Positions 1-10,349 of a DNA stretch of 64,000 bases are shown here, one piece after another. The stretch covers positions 90,614 through 154,613 of the forward strand of contig JAJRWI010000033.1 of the NCBI GenBank assembly GCA_024276825.1, given 5' to 3'. A program made the position numbers and the translations under genes. Below the pieces are notes generated by a model. That model made no database searches. It had not been told where the DNA came from and saw nothing but the letters and a program-made list of their open reading frames with translations. Numbering within the stretch: the first letter of the stretch is position 1; each line of letters opens with the position of its first letter. This stretch comes from an archaeon. GTDB lineage: Archaea > Asgardarchaeota > Thorarchaeia > Thorarchaeales > Thorarchaeaceae.

Positions 1-179
1 GTGGCTCCCATTCGAACAAGGGCAGAGCCCTCAGCCTTTGCAGCCACAATGTCATATTCTATCTCAATCGGTCTGTACTCATCAAACCTGCGGCCATCGA
101 TTCGTTCACCGCGAGAGAGCAACTCCTTGATATGATTCCTATCAATATGACTGATAATTTCAGCACTATAGTCACCCAT
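1..179 (-). CDS. rrp42: Exosome complex subunit Rrp42 (N-terminal part, runs off window)
   Basis: Own translation: MGDYSAEIISHIDRNHIKELLSRGERIDGRRFDEYRPIEIEYDIVAAKAEGSALVRMG; RNase PH motif; directly downstream of rrp41. Confidence 0.93.
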   Translation of the reverse strand, partial: MGDYSAEIISHIDRNHIKELLSRGERIDGRRFDEYRPIEIEYDIVAAKAEGSALVRMGA

Positions 180-182
180 AGT

Positions 183-986
183 TCAATCCTCCTCTCCTAT
201 GATTTCAGCCTCGCCGAGGTCTGTTTCCATATCGTCGTCAAAGTCATCATCTTCAGATGGTGCCTTGGTTGCATATGCTTTCATGAGTGCATCTTTCTGA
301 AGCTCATGAATGTACTTGCATGCTTGGATTCCCATTTGCATTGCCTCAAGAAGTTCCTCACGTGTGAATGAACCGTCTTGTTGCAACAGAGTTATTTCAT
401 CAGTGAGAGGCATGATTGCCATGGGCACATCTCCCTCACCATACTTGTCTTCCTGATCACCCAAGTCGACAATCAATGTACCATCTGCCTTTCCTACTGC
501 CACAGCTGGCACTAGACATTTCATGGGCACCCCTGCATCAGCAAGGGCAAGTGATGCCGCATTTATTGCTGCACAACGAGTGCCGCCATCTGCCTGTATC
601 ACCTGAATGAATATGTCAACTACTGCTTTTGGAAAGTCCTCAAGGAACAATGCAGGTTTCAGTGCATTGGCTATCACCATTGATATCTCCCTCTCTCTAC
701 GGGAGGGTGCTGGTTTCTTTCTGTCAGGCACTGAAAAGGTTGCCATTCTATAAACAACACGTAGATATGCCCTATCACTCAAAGTCAGATGTCTTGGGTG
801 AAGCTCACGTGGTCCATAGACCGCTGCTATAATGAAGGTCTTTCCCTGTTTAATATATGCTGACCCATCTGCTTGTTTCAATACTCCAACTTTGAACTCT
901 ATTGGCCGTAACTCATCTGGTCTACGACCATCAATTCTAAGTCCTTCCGCATTAATTAGGAAGTCTGGTTTGACTTCTGGACTCAT
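183..986 (-). CDS. rrp41: Exosome complex exonuclease Rrp41 with acidic C-tail
   Basis: RIDGRRPDELRP, ADGSAY, VYGPRE, QADGGTR motifs; operon context. Confidence 0.97.
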   Translation of the reverse strand: MSPEVKPDFLINAEGLRIDGRRPDELRPIEFKVGVLKQADGSAYIKQGKTFIIAAVYGPRELHPRHLTLSDRAYLRVVYRMATFSVPDRKKPAPSRREREISMVIANALKPALFLEDFPKAVVDIFIQVIQADGGTRCAAINAASLALADAGVPMKCLVPAVAVGKADGTLIVDLGDQEDKYGEGDVPMAIMPLTDEITLLQQDGSFTREELLEAMQMGIQACKYIHELQKDALMKAYATKAPSEDDDFDDDMETDLGEAEIIGEED

Positions 987-1904
987 TTACTCTTTCACTT
1001 CCTCTTTTTCTTCTTCTGTCTGTTCTTTATCTTCTTCTACAGGAGCTTCTATCTTTGCTTCTGGAGCCTCATCACTCTTGCTCTCCGGCTCCTCCACTTT
1101 TGCAGGAGTCTCCTCTTCAACTATAGAACCCTCGGGCTCGGGAGCTTTCTCCTCAGCTTCAGTTGGGGGTTCTTCTGGTTTTTCCTCTGGAACTGCACCA
1201 CTGACTTCTGTCTGCTCACCTCGAATCTTAGTGAGCTCTTCATCAATCATAGCTGCCACTCTATCAGTCAGCTTTGATGTATGTGCTTCTCGCTCAATCA
1301 TTTTGAAAGCTTTAATTGCAATACGCAATATCTTGGTGTTAGGGGCCTTGATCCAAATTCTGCCATTTTGTCCAACTATTGTATATATGCGAAGTTTGTC
1401 TTTGATCATATTGATCATCGAACCCCTTCTACCAATGATGCGTGGAATCTTGGATGGGCTGACATTTAGTATCATTCCATCTCGGAGCTTTTGTAGTCCC
1501 CTGCCCCTCATGGTGAGGAACGGACCGCTGACACGGTCGAATGCTATCACCTCTGCTGCGATCACATCGCCGACATCAAAGTACTTTGAGATGTCCTCAT
1601 CATAGGGCCGCCGCAATGCGTTATTCGCATGCAGTGAAGCACCATATGGACCTCCTATGTCAACCTTCCAATTATTTCCAGCAACAAGGGTTATTATTCC
1701 AATTACTAGATCTCCCTCTCTGGGGATATACACTCCCTCTAAGGGTACAACTTTTATTGTGTTCCCACGAAGCTCTGCAAGGCCTATCAATGATGCATAG
1801 ATCTTTCCATCCTTGCTGTACGTTCCTATTGATGAACGATATCGGCCTTCTGCAAGAAGCTGTCCTGGGACTACTATTTCTCGCTTCTGAAAGTATATTG
1901 CCAA
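987..1904 (-). CDS. rrp4: Exosome RNA-binding cap subunit Rrp4 (S1+KH) with Glu/Pro-rich tail
   Basis: VVPGQLL, YIPREGDLVIG, KH RIIGRRGSMI, VGQNGRIW; TTG start. Confidence 0.96.
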   Translation of the reverse strand: MAIYFQKREIVVPGQLLAEGRYRSSIGTYSKDGKIYASLIGLAELRGNTIKVVPLEGVYIPREGDLVIGIITLVAGNNWKVDIGGPYGASLHANNALRRPYDEDISKYFDVGDVIAAEVIAFDRVSGPFLTMRGRGLQKLRDGMILNVSPSKIPRIIGRRGSMINMIKDKLRIYTIVGQNGRIWIKAPNTKILRIAIKAFKMIEREAHTSKLTDRVAAMIDEELTKIRGEQTEVSGAVPEEKPEEPPTEAEEKAPEPEGSIVEEETPAKVEEPESKSDEAPEAKIEAPVEEDKEQTEEEKEEVKE

Positions 1905-1956
1905 TTTATTCCCTCGTTTAATTCTATTATCATGAAATTCTCATTCTTCTCATATG

Positions 1957-2691
1957 TTATCGTACAAGTTCTATTCTTACTTGACCCTTTGTCAGTTTGG
2001 AGAGTTCGTCGAAAAGATCCTGTCTCTGGGAGGCTGGTATCTCAACAACCCCTGTCCATGAACCATCAGGCTCCCATGTTTCTGACTTGATTAGTCCTGC
2101 AGATGCTACCATATTGTAGCCCTTACCGGTGTATGTGGCAGGCAGGGTTATTCTGAGTTTGATGCTCTCAAATGATATCGGTATTATAGCACGCAACGCC
2201 TTTACGATATTAGGAATCTGCTCCTCAACACTGATAAACGGGTCAACTCGGACCTTTGCCTCCTCCATTGCCTGACGAATTCTGTCCGGCGGGTGGGGGT
2301 GTCCAGTCTGGGGGTTCATGGCCCTCTTGGAGATTGACTCTACGATTGCATCGGTTTTCTCCTTCAAAAGCTGGGCCCTCTGTTCATGGGTGAGCTTGAA
2401 CTCTCCTCTCCTGATTACTTCAGGGGCAATGTCAAAAATATCATCAGAGCCAAAAGCATCAGCAACTAGGTCCAATACTGCTCTCTCACCCCGTTTGGCA
2501 TCCTCAAAGATATCATATGACTTGAGTATGTCTTCGATTGGAATGTCTGCTCCTCTACGATACTCGAATGCAAGATCTGGGTCAACAAATATCTCAACAT
2601 GCACATGATTCTTGTCCATGCCGATTATCACTGCATCAAGGTCAAGCCACTTTTCACCAGCCTTTCTTCCTGAACCGCCCATCATTGCCAT
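1957..2691 (-). CDS. Ribosome assembly factor SBDS/Sdo1
   Basis: EIFVDPD, IFEDAKRGE, NPQTGHPHPPDRI motifs; standard position in the exosome operon. Confidence 0.95.
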   Translation of the reverse strand: MAMMGGSGRKAGEKWLDLDAVIIGMDKNHVHVEIFVDPDLAFEYRRGADIPIEDILKSYDIFEDAKRGERAVLDLVADAFGSDDIFDIAPEVIRRGEFKLTHEQRAQLLKEKTDAIVESISKRAMNPQTGHPHPPDRIRQAMEEAKVRVDPFISVEEQIPNIVKALRAIIPISFESIKLRITLPATYTGKGYNMVASAGLIKSETWEPDGSWTGVVEIPASQRQDLFDELSKLTKGQVRIELVR

Positions 2692-2699
2692 TGCATCTC

Positions 2700-3452
2700 C
2701 TATCTCTTAGGTGTAGTTGGTGAGAGAAGATCCTCTCGTTCCTCACGAGTGAGCATCTTGAACTTGGAGGTCTTTACAGGAATCACTGCAATCTCAAGAT
2801 TGTCAGCAGTGAACTCTGTGTCGGTGGCCTGTCGAAGCGCGTCAAGGGCCAACATTATGACCTTTTTCAGTTTCATTGTTCTCTTATAGCTCTTCTCTAG
2901 GAACTCCCCAGCCGCTTTGCTGCCTCGTCCTATGACTGCTGCCATGAAGCCGTAGTAAGTTCCCACAGGATCAGTCATGAAGAGTTTTGGAGTCTTGTCA
3001 TAATCTACAGATCCGATTAACAGAGCAACTCCATATGGGCGGGCTCCTCCGCCTTGTGTGAACTGCGCCTTGACATCACAGATGTACTTTGCCAGTGTTT
3101 CTGCAGGTATTGGCTCATCGTATGTCAACCAGTAGGCTTGCGCCTTCACTCTGGCATCAGCAACAAGCTGTCTGGCATCAGCCATGAATCCCGATGCAGC
3201 TATTCCGATGTGTTCCTCGACTTGTGAGATCTTTTCAACACTCTCTGGTTCTTGTAGAGGAAGGACCTTTTTCTTAGCAAGTAATACTACTCCTTCATCC
3301 ACCATGATGCCTATTGCGGGCTCACCCTGTTCTACCGCCTTCTTGGCATATTCTGCTGCAAAGATGCGGCCATCTGGGCTGAATATGCTTGTACTCATAT
3401 CATAGCCTGCGCCACTAATCCCGTAGATTGTAGACTCCTCCAAGTAATTCAT
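2700..3452 (-). CDS. psmA: Proteasome alpha subunit (start uncertain)
   Basis: GYD..SIFSPDGR..EYA, TQGGGARPYGVALL, TDPVG. Confidence 0.95.
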   Translation of the reverse strand: MNYLEESTIYGISGAGYDMSTSIFSPDGRIFAAEYAKKAVEQGEPAIGIMVDEGVVLLAKKKVLPLQEPESVEKISQVEEHIGIAASGFMADARQLVADARVKAQAYWLTYDEPIPAETLAKYICDVKAQFTQGGGARPYGVALLIGSVDYDKTPKLFMTDPVGTYYGFMAAVIGRGSKAAGEFLEKSYKRTMKLKKVIMLALDALRQATDTEFTADNLEIAVIPVKTSKFKMLTREEREDLLSPTTPKR

Positions 3453-3625
3453 TTCATTGTATATCAGAAGACAGAACCATTAATGGGCAAAGTCTGTCAA
3501 TTCTGATATACTGCTGATAGATTTACACCAACCTTAGCTTGTCTGCCTATAGGTTCAATTCTCTATCGCTGACCAAACCACATAAACCTTCTGGTGAGTC
3601 GTATTCTGAACCGCGCCTCCAACTG

Positions 3626-4018
3626 TCAGTCTTGTAGCAGGTAAAGATATCCAATGAATCCAATAGACAGAGCAATTGATGCGCCTCCAACCCATGACCC
3701 AAACATGAGCCATGACATGGCACCAACAATGATGAGCATCAGGATTAACTCAAGCCATCCGGCCCTTACTTTTGTGAGATATAGTCGCAGATTGATTATC
3801 GTCACCGTGGCGAACACATAGAATCCAAGCATTATGAAGATTTCCAACAATATTGTGATATATGGATTAATGTCGTTAAGAGCACTTATCGGGCTAGTGA
3901 CCCCTGGTGCCGACCATATCCAGAAAGCCATGGCTATGACCAAGAAGATAGCAGCTAGCAGTATTGTGATAATTGATGAACGAATTATCTCGCTCCTTTC
4001 AGGAATCTCGTCGCTCAC
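3626..4018 (-). CDS. Hypothetical 4-TM membrane protein
   Basis: Four hydrophobic segments; likely GTG start at 4018 after GGTG. Confidence 0.7.
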   Translation of the reverse strand: MSDEIPERSEIIRSSIITILLAAIFLVIAMAFWIWSAPGVTSPISALNDINPYITILLEIFIMLGFYVFATVTIINLRLYLTKVRAGWLELILMLIIVGAMSWLMFGSWVGGASIALSIGFIGYLYLLQD

Positions 4019-4091
4019 GGTATCTACACCAACCTTTACAACGTGGCAAATTATGGTCACTCTTAAAGTTACCGAAGGTCACACAGATGAC

Positions 4092-4988
4092 TCACTCAAT
4101 ATTCGTAGTTTCCTGATGAATGACTTCTGGAATACCTTCATTGACCTTCTCTCTGATTTTCCGTATTTGAAGTGCGATGATATACGACAACGCTGCAAGT
4201 ATCCCTGTTATGGCACTGGGTGATACTGGCACTATGAATGATGTCATAATGCCTATTACTTGTGCTACTAGGGCTATGATGAACACGCCTATCATGACTT
4301 TATTGACAGACTTCAATGTTTCATTGGATGCCGCAGCAGGTGCTACAAGAATGGCATATACTAGGATTGCACCAACCGCCTTTGTGGCAAGTGCTATTGC
4401 AATTGATGAGATCACAAGAATCAGGTAATGATACCCTCTGGCGTTCAGACCGTGCGCCAGTGATCCTTCATAGTCCACACTTACATAGACAAACTCCTTC
4501 TTGAACAACAGGATTATGAATGCAACAAGGATTGTGGTGATGGTCAACATCACGATGTCTTGGTTAGTCATGAGTAGAATGTCGCCGACAAGATAACCCC
4601 ACAGAACCAGCACCTTATCAGGAGGGATGTAGTACATCAGGAATACGGCGATGCTCATAGAAAGTGCGAACGAAACCCCTACTGCAACCTCCATCTTCTG
4701 AGCCACCCCTGACTCTCCAGCATAACCTGTTATCACTGCAACAAGAACTGCAAACACTATTGCTCCCAAAGTGGGGTCAAACCATGGGAACAGACCAATA
4801 GCCTGCAGGAAAAAGCCCAGTGCTGCGCCTCCCAGAGCAGCGTGTGCAACGCCCGAGGTCATGAATGAGAGCCCCCGAAACACAAGGAAAGTACCACTGG
4901 TGGCTGCTATTATGGCAATGAGCAATGCAGCAATCAATGCTCTTTGAAGGAATGGGGTATTGAGGATCAGATCAATGATATCAATCAT
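4092..4988 (-). CDS. Zn/Mn ABC transporter permease (ZnuB/ABC-3)
   Basis: GTFLVFRGLSF, VAHAALGG, YLVGDIL, VGAILV; ATG overlaps the ATPase stop. Confidence 0.93.
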   Translation of the reverse strand: MIDIIDLILNTPFLQRALIAALLIAIIAATSGTFLVFRGLSFMTSGVAHAALGGAALGFFLQAIGLFPWFDPTLGAIVFAVLVAVITGYAGESGVAQKMEVAVGVSFALSMSIAVFLMYYIPPDKVLVLWGYLVGDILLMTNQDIVMLTITTILVAFIILLFKKEFVYVSVDYEGSLAHGLNARGYHYLILVISSIAIALATKAVGAILVYAILVAPAAASNETLKSVNKVMIGVFIIALVAQVIGIMTSFIVPVSPSAITGILAALSYIIALQIRKIREKVNEGIPEVIHQETTNIE

Positions 4989-5799
4989 GTCTGTCAACTC
5001 CCGAGTCATGTGTGATGCAATACTTGTGTCCTGAATGTTCTACTATTTGTGCAGTCGGCCCATAGACCTGCTTGATAAGTTCTGTGTCCATCACATCACA
5101 TGGGGTCCCAACGCCCAACAGAGTGTTTCTTAATAAGAGCACATTCTGCACCAAAACATGAATAGGATTGAGATCATGAGTGACCATGATCACGCTCACA
5201 TTGTTGTTCTTCTGATAATCGCTTAATGCATTTACAATCAGTTTTTGACTCTCTGCATCAGTCCCTGCTAATGGCTCGTCAAGAATAAGCAGTGGTCCCG
5301 AACTTGCAAGAGCACGTGCAACAAGGACCCTTTGTCGCTGTCCCCCTGATAGTTCAGGAAACGGCCTGTCCCAGAGTTCCAGCATGTTGACACGAGCAAG
5401 CGCCTCCTTGGCAGCTTTCTTGTCCATGGACGAGGCGAATCTAGGTGCCGGCTTTTTCAACAAACGTCCCATCAGAACAATGTCCTTGACTCTCATGGGG
5501 ATTGAGAGTTCGATATGATCCCTCTGTGGTACATACCTCACAAGCTTGCGAATCTCCTTGCTCTCCCTCACTACATCATATCCCATCACGCTTACTGTTC
5601 CACGGGTCGGATGTATTAGACCAAGAATTGTCTTCATCAGTGTGCTCTTTCCAGAGCCATTAGGGCCGATCACAGCTGTGAAGCTAGGAGCCTTAATTGT
5701 GAAACTCACATTATAGAGAGCAAGCTCACCATTTGGATATCTCACAGCAAGGTCTCGTGCTTCAACTAAAGGAACATCGTCCCCTGAGTCATTTGCCAT
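4981..5799 (-). CDS. Zn/Mn ABC transporter ATPase (ZnuC-like)
   Basis: GPNGSGKST, YVPQR, LSGGQRQR, LILDEP, VTHD; His/Cys tail. Confidence 0.95.
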   Translation of the reverse strand: MANDSGDDVPLVEARDLAVRYPNGELALYNVSFTIKAPSFTAVIGPNGSGKSTLMKTILGLIHPTRGTVSVMGYDVVRESKEIRKLVRYVPQRDHIELSIPMRVKDIVLMGRLLKKPAPRFASSMDKKAAKEALARVNMLELWDRPFPELSGGQRQRVLVARALASSGPLLILDEPLAGTDAESQKLIVNALSDYQKNNNVSVIMVTHDLNPIHVLVQNVLLLRNTLLGVGTPCDVMDTELIKQVYGPTAQIVEHSGHKYCITHDSGVDRHD

Positions 5800-5912
5800 A
5801 AAACCAGCTCCATAAGACGAGATTTACTTCACGCATCACCACTTAAGAATTCAGTGTTATATGCTAGGTATTAATAGGTCAAATGATGCTGAGTTATGCG
5901 AGTGCGGTGGCA

Positions 5913-6959
5913 ATGAAACGAAACAAGGCATTTCTTCTATTACTGATATTCATTGTTTCTGGAATGATCATAACTCCCACTTCCAATGCTCAAACAGAGC
6001 CAGTGATGACAGTAGCAGTTTCAATCGCACCCCTGGCAGGAATAGTCGAGTCTATTGGCGCAGGTCATATAAAAACTACAGTGCTGCTGTCAGAGGGCAT
6101 TGAGCCCCATGCCTTCACAGTGGACCCTACAATAATCGCCATGGCAGATGCCGCAGACCTTCTAGTCCTGACAGGCCACTACCGATGGGAAGCGAGCCTT
6201 GCAAATTCAACATCTACACCTTACATCTCATTTCATGATGAAAACGCCCTGCTTGACTATGCAGATTTTGGTGCTAGACTCTCCCCCATGCCCCGTACAA
6301 CTCCAACCGACATTGGAGATCTGAATCCTCATGCCTATTGGCTCCTACCCACAAATGCCATTGCGATTGCAAATGCAACACGATCCATATTTAGAGAGCT
6401 TGCTCCCTCTTTATCTGATGTATGGGACACGAACTTTGAGAAACTCATTGATGATCTCAATGATCTTGATGACTTGATTGAATCCCAAGACAGTGTCTAC
6501 CATTTCTCAGACATGCATGCTGTGGTCGTGTTTCCAGCGGAGGCATACGTCGCTGAGGCATTCGGTATTCAGGTTGACGCAGTCCTCATGGTTGAGGGCG
6601 TGACCATTTCTGGTCAGGAATTAATTGAGGTTCAGAACGCCATGAGGAACGGCAGTATTCAGATGATTCTTGGGTCCGATGTGGCAAGGCTGCAGGCGGG
6701 AGGTGAGTTTGCATATCAATTACAGGAAGATTACGGGACCACACTGATCTGGCTGAGAGCAGTGTTCTTCTCAGGCTTGCGAGATTATGTTTCAATAATG
6801 ACATACAATCTTGGTGCTCTAACCTCTGGACTTGAGGACCGTGGTCAGGCAGGTGTTGACTCCAACCTCGTACTATTACTGGCAAGTCTCGCAGGAGTGT
6901 TCGGACTCCTACTAGTACTTGAAACAGTCCTTCTCATTCAAAGAGGTCGGTCAGAATAG
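5913..6959 (+). CDS. Zn/Mn ABC substrate-binding protein (ZnuA/TroA-like) with C-terminal TM anchor
   Basis: Signal peptide, EPHAF, ADADLLV, NPHAYWL; divergent from ATPase/permease. Confidence 0.88.
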   Translation: MKRNKAFLLLLIFIVSGMIITPTSNAQTEPVMTVAVSIAPLAGIVESIGAGHIKTTVLLSEGIEPHAFTVDPTIIAMADAADLLVLTGHYRWEASLANSTSTPYISFHDENALLDYADFGARLSPMPRTTPTDIGDLNPHAYWLLPTNAIAIANATRSIFRELAPSLSDVWDTNFEKLIDDLNDLDDLIESQDSVYHFSDMHAVVVFPAEAYVAEAFGIQVDAVLMVEGVTISGQELIEVQNAMRNGSIQMILGSDVARLQAGGEFAYQLQEDYGTTLIWLRAVFFSGLRDYVSIMTYNLGALTSGLEDRGQAGVDSNLVLLLASLAGVFGLLLVLETVLLIQRGRSE

Positions 6960-6965
6960 AGTATT

Positions 6966-7295
6966 CTACTCAATGTGAGTGCCCAGACGAATATTGTAGA
7001 CTTCAAACTCAAGTTGTGCAAGCTCATCTTGTAGGACTCTGTACTGACGTTCAAACTCCTCTGGTCCAATTATTCCTGCCTTTTTATCCATGACCAATGC
7101 CTTTAGCGCCTTCTGACGCTTTGCTATCTCCCTCTTCAACTCCTCCCACCTCTGCCTGTTAGCAGAAATGGATTCTCCCCAACTATGGCTTGAAGAAGTT
7201 GTCTGATCCAGTTTGTGAACAATCTCACCCAATGAATCACGTATCTGCTCTGGATCTCTTTCATGTGATGACTCATCATCAGTCAAAATAGACAC
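6966..7295 (-). CDS. Small coiled-coil protein with SHOCT-like C-terminal motif
   Basis: Heptad-rich; GIIGPEEFERQYRVL. Confidence 0.6.
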   Translation of the reverse strand: MSILTDDESSHERDPEQIRDSLGEIVHKLDQTTSSSHSWGESISANRQRWEELKREIAKRQKALKALVMDKKAGIIGPEEFERQYRVLQDELAQLEFEVYNIRLGTHIE

Positions 7296-7367
7296 CGTGC
7301 TCGGATTGTCTTGTTCTGCATATATGACTTGAGTTAAGGCATAGATGTTAAACTTTGCTGAAGCTTA

Positions 7368-8672
7368 CTATTCGACATCAGTGATGTGAACACTACATGA
7401 AACACATGGATCATAGGATCTGACAACTGTCTGAAGTTTTTGAGCAATCTCTTCCTTTTCAGTTCCCACATTCAATAAGGCGGCGGTCAACCTCTTCAGG
7501 TCCTCCTCCATCACGGGCAGAAACATTGCAGTTGGTGTGATGATGTCCGATTTGGTGATAACACCCTTTGAATCAACTCTTATAGTATATGCCAGCATTC
7601 CTCGTGGGGCCTCGGTGACCGCCACGCCTGACTGCTCTTTTCCAAGCTTGTATTCCACTCGACTCTCATCTCTCATGCTCTTTGCAAGATCAAATGCAAT
7701 GGTATGGGCTCTCCTAATCCAGTGAACCAATTCGACTGCCTGTGCAAAATTATTTGCCAATGGGTTATTGGGATCTAGAAAGTCACTATACATTTCAACA
7801 AGCTCTTTCGAACGTCCAGAGAGAAGATCACCGAAGAGTGTGACTCTTGACAGGGCTCCTGTCACAAATGTCCTGTCTTGATATCTACTGTGTTTGGCAA
7901 ATGAGTGGGGGATCACCAACTCCTGTATTCTCATCCGATATGCATGAGTCTTGAATTTGGTGCCATCTGTGGCCTCCACCGTGTCGCCAAAGACGCCGTA
8001 CTCTTCTCCAACGGGTCTAAGTGCAAGATGTAATCGTTCGCCTTCGACCTCAGACCAGTTTGGAAAGCTTACCAGTACTTCAAGGGCATCTTCTGCCATG
8101 TTGAACAGGCCTTTTAGCCGGGTGGCTAATCCCTCCATGTTCCTTCTACTGGGCAATCGTCCAAAGCCACCAATTAATACATTCTCTTGGTGAATATACC
8201 TTGACCCAATAACAGTCTGAATATCTGCTCCTATGTCCTTGAGAGCGATTGCTGTCTTTATGAGGTCCTTGTGCACTTTGCCCATGCTGAAGGCATCAGG
8301 AAATCCGAGAAAGTCTGGCAACGCAAGAAAGAACAGATGGAGTGCATGACTCTCAATATGATCTCCAAGATAGCAGAGCTCTCGTATCTTTGTAGTCTGC
8401 TCTGTTGGCTCAATTCTTAGGGCATTCTCTGCCGCAAGGACTGCAGTGATCTTATGAGCTGCAGCACAGAAGGAACACACCCTTGGAAAGACAGCAACTG
8501 CCTCCTCAACAGGTCTTCCAACAGTTATGGCCTCAAAGAACCGGGGTCCCTCAAAGATGTTCACATGGGCTATCTTAACATCGGCTCCATCAAAATGAAC
8601 CTCAATACCTGCTTTCCCCTCAATTCTTGCCACATGGTCAATATCTATTGATTGCACAATCTTGTCTGTCAA
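7368..8672 (-). CDS. hydA: Group 3b [NiFe]-hydrogenase (sulfhydrogenase) large subunit alpha
   Basis: ARIEGK, EGPRFFE, L1 PRVCSFCAAAH, L2 YDPCVSCSVH plus short cleavable tail. Confidence 0.96.
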   Translation of the reverse strand: MTDKIVQSIDIDHVARIEGKAGIEVHFDGADVKIAHVNIFEGPRFFEAITVGRPVEEAVAVFPRVCSFCAAAHKITAVLAAENALRIEPTEQTTKIRELCYLGDHIESHALHLFFLALPDFLGFPDAFSMGKVHKDLIKTAIALKDIGADIQTVIGSRYIHQENVLIGGFGRLPSRRNMEGLATRLKGLFNMAEDALEVLVSFPNWSEVEGERLHLALRPVGEEYGVFGDTVEATDGTKFKTHAYRMRIQELVIPHSFAKHSRYQDRTFVTGALSRVTLFGDLLSGRSKELVEMYSDFLDPNNPLANNFAQAVELVHWIRRAHTIAFDLAKSMRDESRVEYKLGKEQSGVAVTEAPRGMLAYTIRVDSKGVITKSDIITPTAMFLPVMEEDLKRLTAALLNVGTEKEEIAQKLQTVVRSYDPCVSCSVHITDVE

Positions 8673-9491
8673 TCACTTATCTCCTCCAAAGGCCTTCTTC
8701 AGCATTTTATCCAAGTTCTTGTTGTGTGCTGCAAAAATCTTTAGCCTGGCTCTTACAAACTCCTCTGTGAAGCCCCTCTTTTTGAAGACCGTGGCCAGTG
8801 CATCGAACCATGCTGTGTTGTGAGGGACAGGTCCTCTACATCCTATACATGGCACATTGAATGTAATACATCGCGCCCCACAACCTGCTGTTGTCACAGA
8901 TCCCAGACATGGCACATTAGACTCAATCAAGATACATGGGTTCCCTGTGGTCCTGCACTCTGCACAGACCGGATAGTCCTTCTGCTCTGGAAATGAACCA
9001 ACAAGGAATGTGGTGAGAAAGTACATAATTTCGTCCTCTTCGGGGGGACATCCCGGAAGAGAGTAATCGACATGGACGTACTGTGAGATTGGTGCTGCCT
9101 GCAGCCCGGGCATGTCAATCTTGTCATCACCATAGACCTCCTCATAGATCTCATCATAACTCAGGTTTCCCTCAGCCCAGCTCTGAACACCGCCATGGAC
9201 TGCACATGCTCCCATTGCTACCAGTGTTTTGCAGTTCTTCCTAATCTCCAATATCTCTTTGAGGTCCTTCTCAGTAGAAACAGAGCCCTCGACAAAGGCG
9301 ATATCGACCTCCTCATCCATTGTACTGGCGCTTGAAACCATATAGAAACATCTAATGTCAAATACATTAGCGACTTCAAGAATGTCACTAACAGTCGCCA
9401 TCATCAGCTGGCATCCATAACATGATGTCAGAGCATAGACACCAATCCTCGGTCTTTCTCGTACATCTGCCCTTGTGTCTTCCTTTATCAT
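8673..9491 (-). CDS. hydD: Group 3b hydrogenase small subunit delta
   Basis: LTSCYGC, VEGSV, GACAVHGG, PGCPP, CLGSVT.AGC..C...PCIGCRG. Confidence 0.95.
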   Translation of the reverse strand: MIKEDTRADVRERPRIGVYALTSCYGCQLMMATVSDILEVANVFDIRCFYMVSSASTMDEEVDIAFVEGSVSTEKDLKEILEIRKNCKTLVAMGACAVHGGVQSWAEGNLSYDEIYEEVYGDDKIDMPGLQAAPISQYVHVDYSLPGCPPEEDEIMYFLTTFLVGSFPEQKDYPVCAECRTTGNPCILIESNVPCLGSVTTAGCGARCITFNVPCIGCRGPVPHNTAWFDALATVFKKRGFTEEFVRARLKIFAAHNKNLDKMLKKAFGGDK

Positions 9492-10349
9492 TCATATCAA
9501 CCCCGGTACACTGATGATGTCATAGTAGTCGAACACCGGGCCGTCCTTGCAGGCATACTTCCATGAGGTCGCGGTTCCAATATTGCAATGCCCACATTTA
9601 CCGACACCACACTTCATTCGTCTTTCAAGGGTGACGAAGATATATCGCCGATCAAACCCCCTCTTGACAAGTTCTTCGAACATACCCCTGTACATTGCTG
9701 GAGGACCACACATTGCAACTGCACAATTATTCGGGTCCACATTCACCTTGTCCATGTGTGCTGTTGCACGTCCATGCAATCCGGGGAAGTCAGGGTCCCG
9801 TGTCACAGTCTGAATTATCTCTATGTTCTCTGCAGTTGCAATATCCTTCATGGCCTCTAACTCTTTCTGGAATAGCAACTCCTTGCCATACTTTGCACTA
9901 TTGACAATTGTGATGTTTCCGAACAACCAGCGATTGTCAAGTGCATATAGAAAGATGGATCGCAGAGGGGCCATTCCCAGTCCTGCGGCTACCAGCAGGA
10001 GGTCCTTGTTGTAAAACTGATCCATGGGAAATCCATTTCCATAGGGGCCTCTGACCCCGATGAGATCCCCTGGTTTGAGCTTGTGTATCTGGGAGGTGAC
10101 TCTTCCTGCATTCCTGATACAGAGCTCAAAGAAACCCACTCTTCTGGCTGAAGAGCATATTGAGATCGGAACCTCTCCAATCCCTAGTAATGATACCTGA
10201 ACAAACTGTCCAGGCCCGAACCTCCAGTCCCTTGCTCTTATCGGGTCCTCAAACCTAAAGAGGAACAGTTTGTCAATGTTCGACATATCATAGACTCGGA
10301 GAACACGGACTTGATGCAGTTCGTAAATGTTTGATTCCCCATTACTCAC
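9492..10349 (-). CDS. hydG: Sulfhydrogenase gamma subunit (FAD/NAD(P), 2Fe-2S)
   Basis: PGQF, GEVPISI, RGPYGNGF, GLGMAPLRS, CGPP, MKCGVGKCGHC, CKDGPVF. Confidence 0.95.
   Translation of the reverse strand: MSNGESNIYELHQVRVLRVYDMSNIDKLFLFRFEDPIRARDWRFGPGQFVQVSLLGIGEVPISICSSARRVGFFELCIRNAGRVTSQIHKLKPGDLIGVRGPYGNGFPMDQFYNKDLLLVAAGLGMAPLRSIFLYALDNRWLFGNITIVNSAKYGKELLFQKELEAMKDIATAENIEIIQTVTRDPDFPGLHGRATAHMDKVNVDPNNCAVAMCGPPAMYRGMFEELVKRGFDRRYIFVTLERRMKCGVGKCGHCNIGTATSWKYACKDGPVFDYYDIISVPGLI

Noticed and set aside
832-1605. 257-aa Ser-rich plus-strand ORF and similar overlapping antisense ORFs throughout
   Set aside because: Antisense shadows of well-supported genes
3490-3580. tRNA-like GGTTCAATTC...ACCA
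   Set aside because: T-stem needs a bulge, and no acceptor, D or anticodon stems can be formed
6966-7295. CdvA/ESCRT-related protein
   Set aside because: Only generic coiled-coil/SHOCT-like similarity; no supporting context
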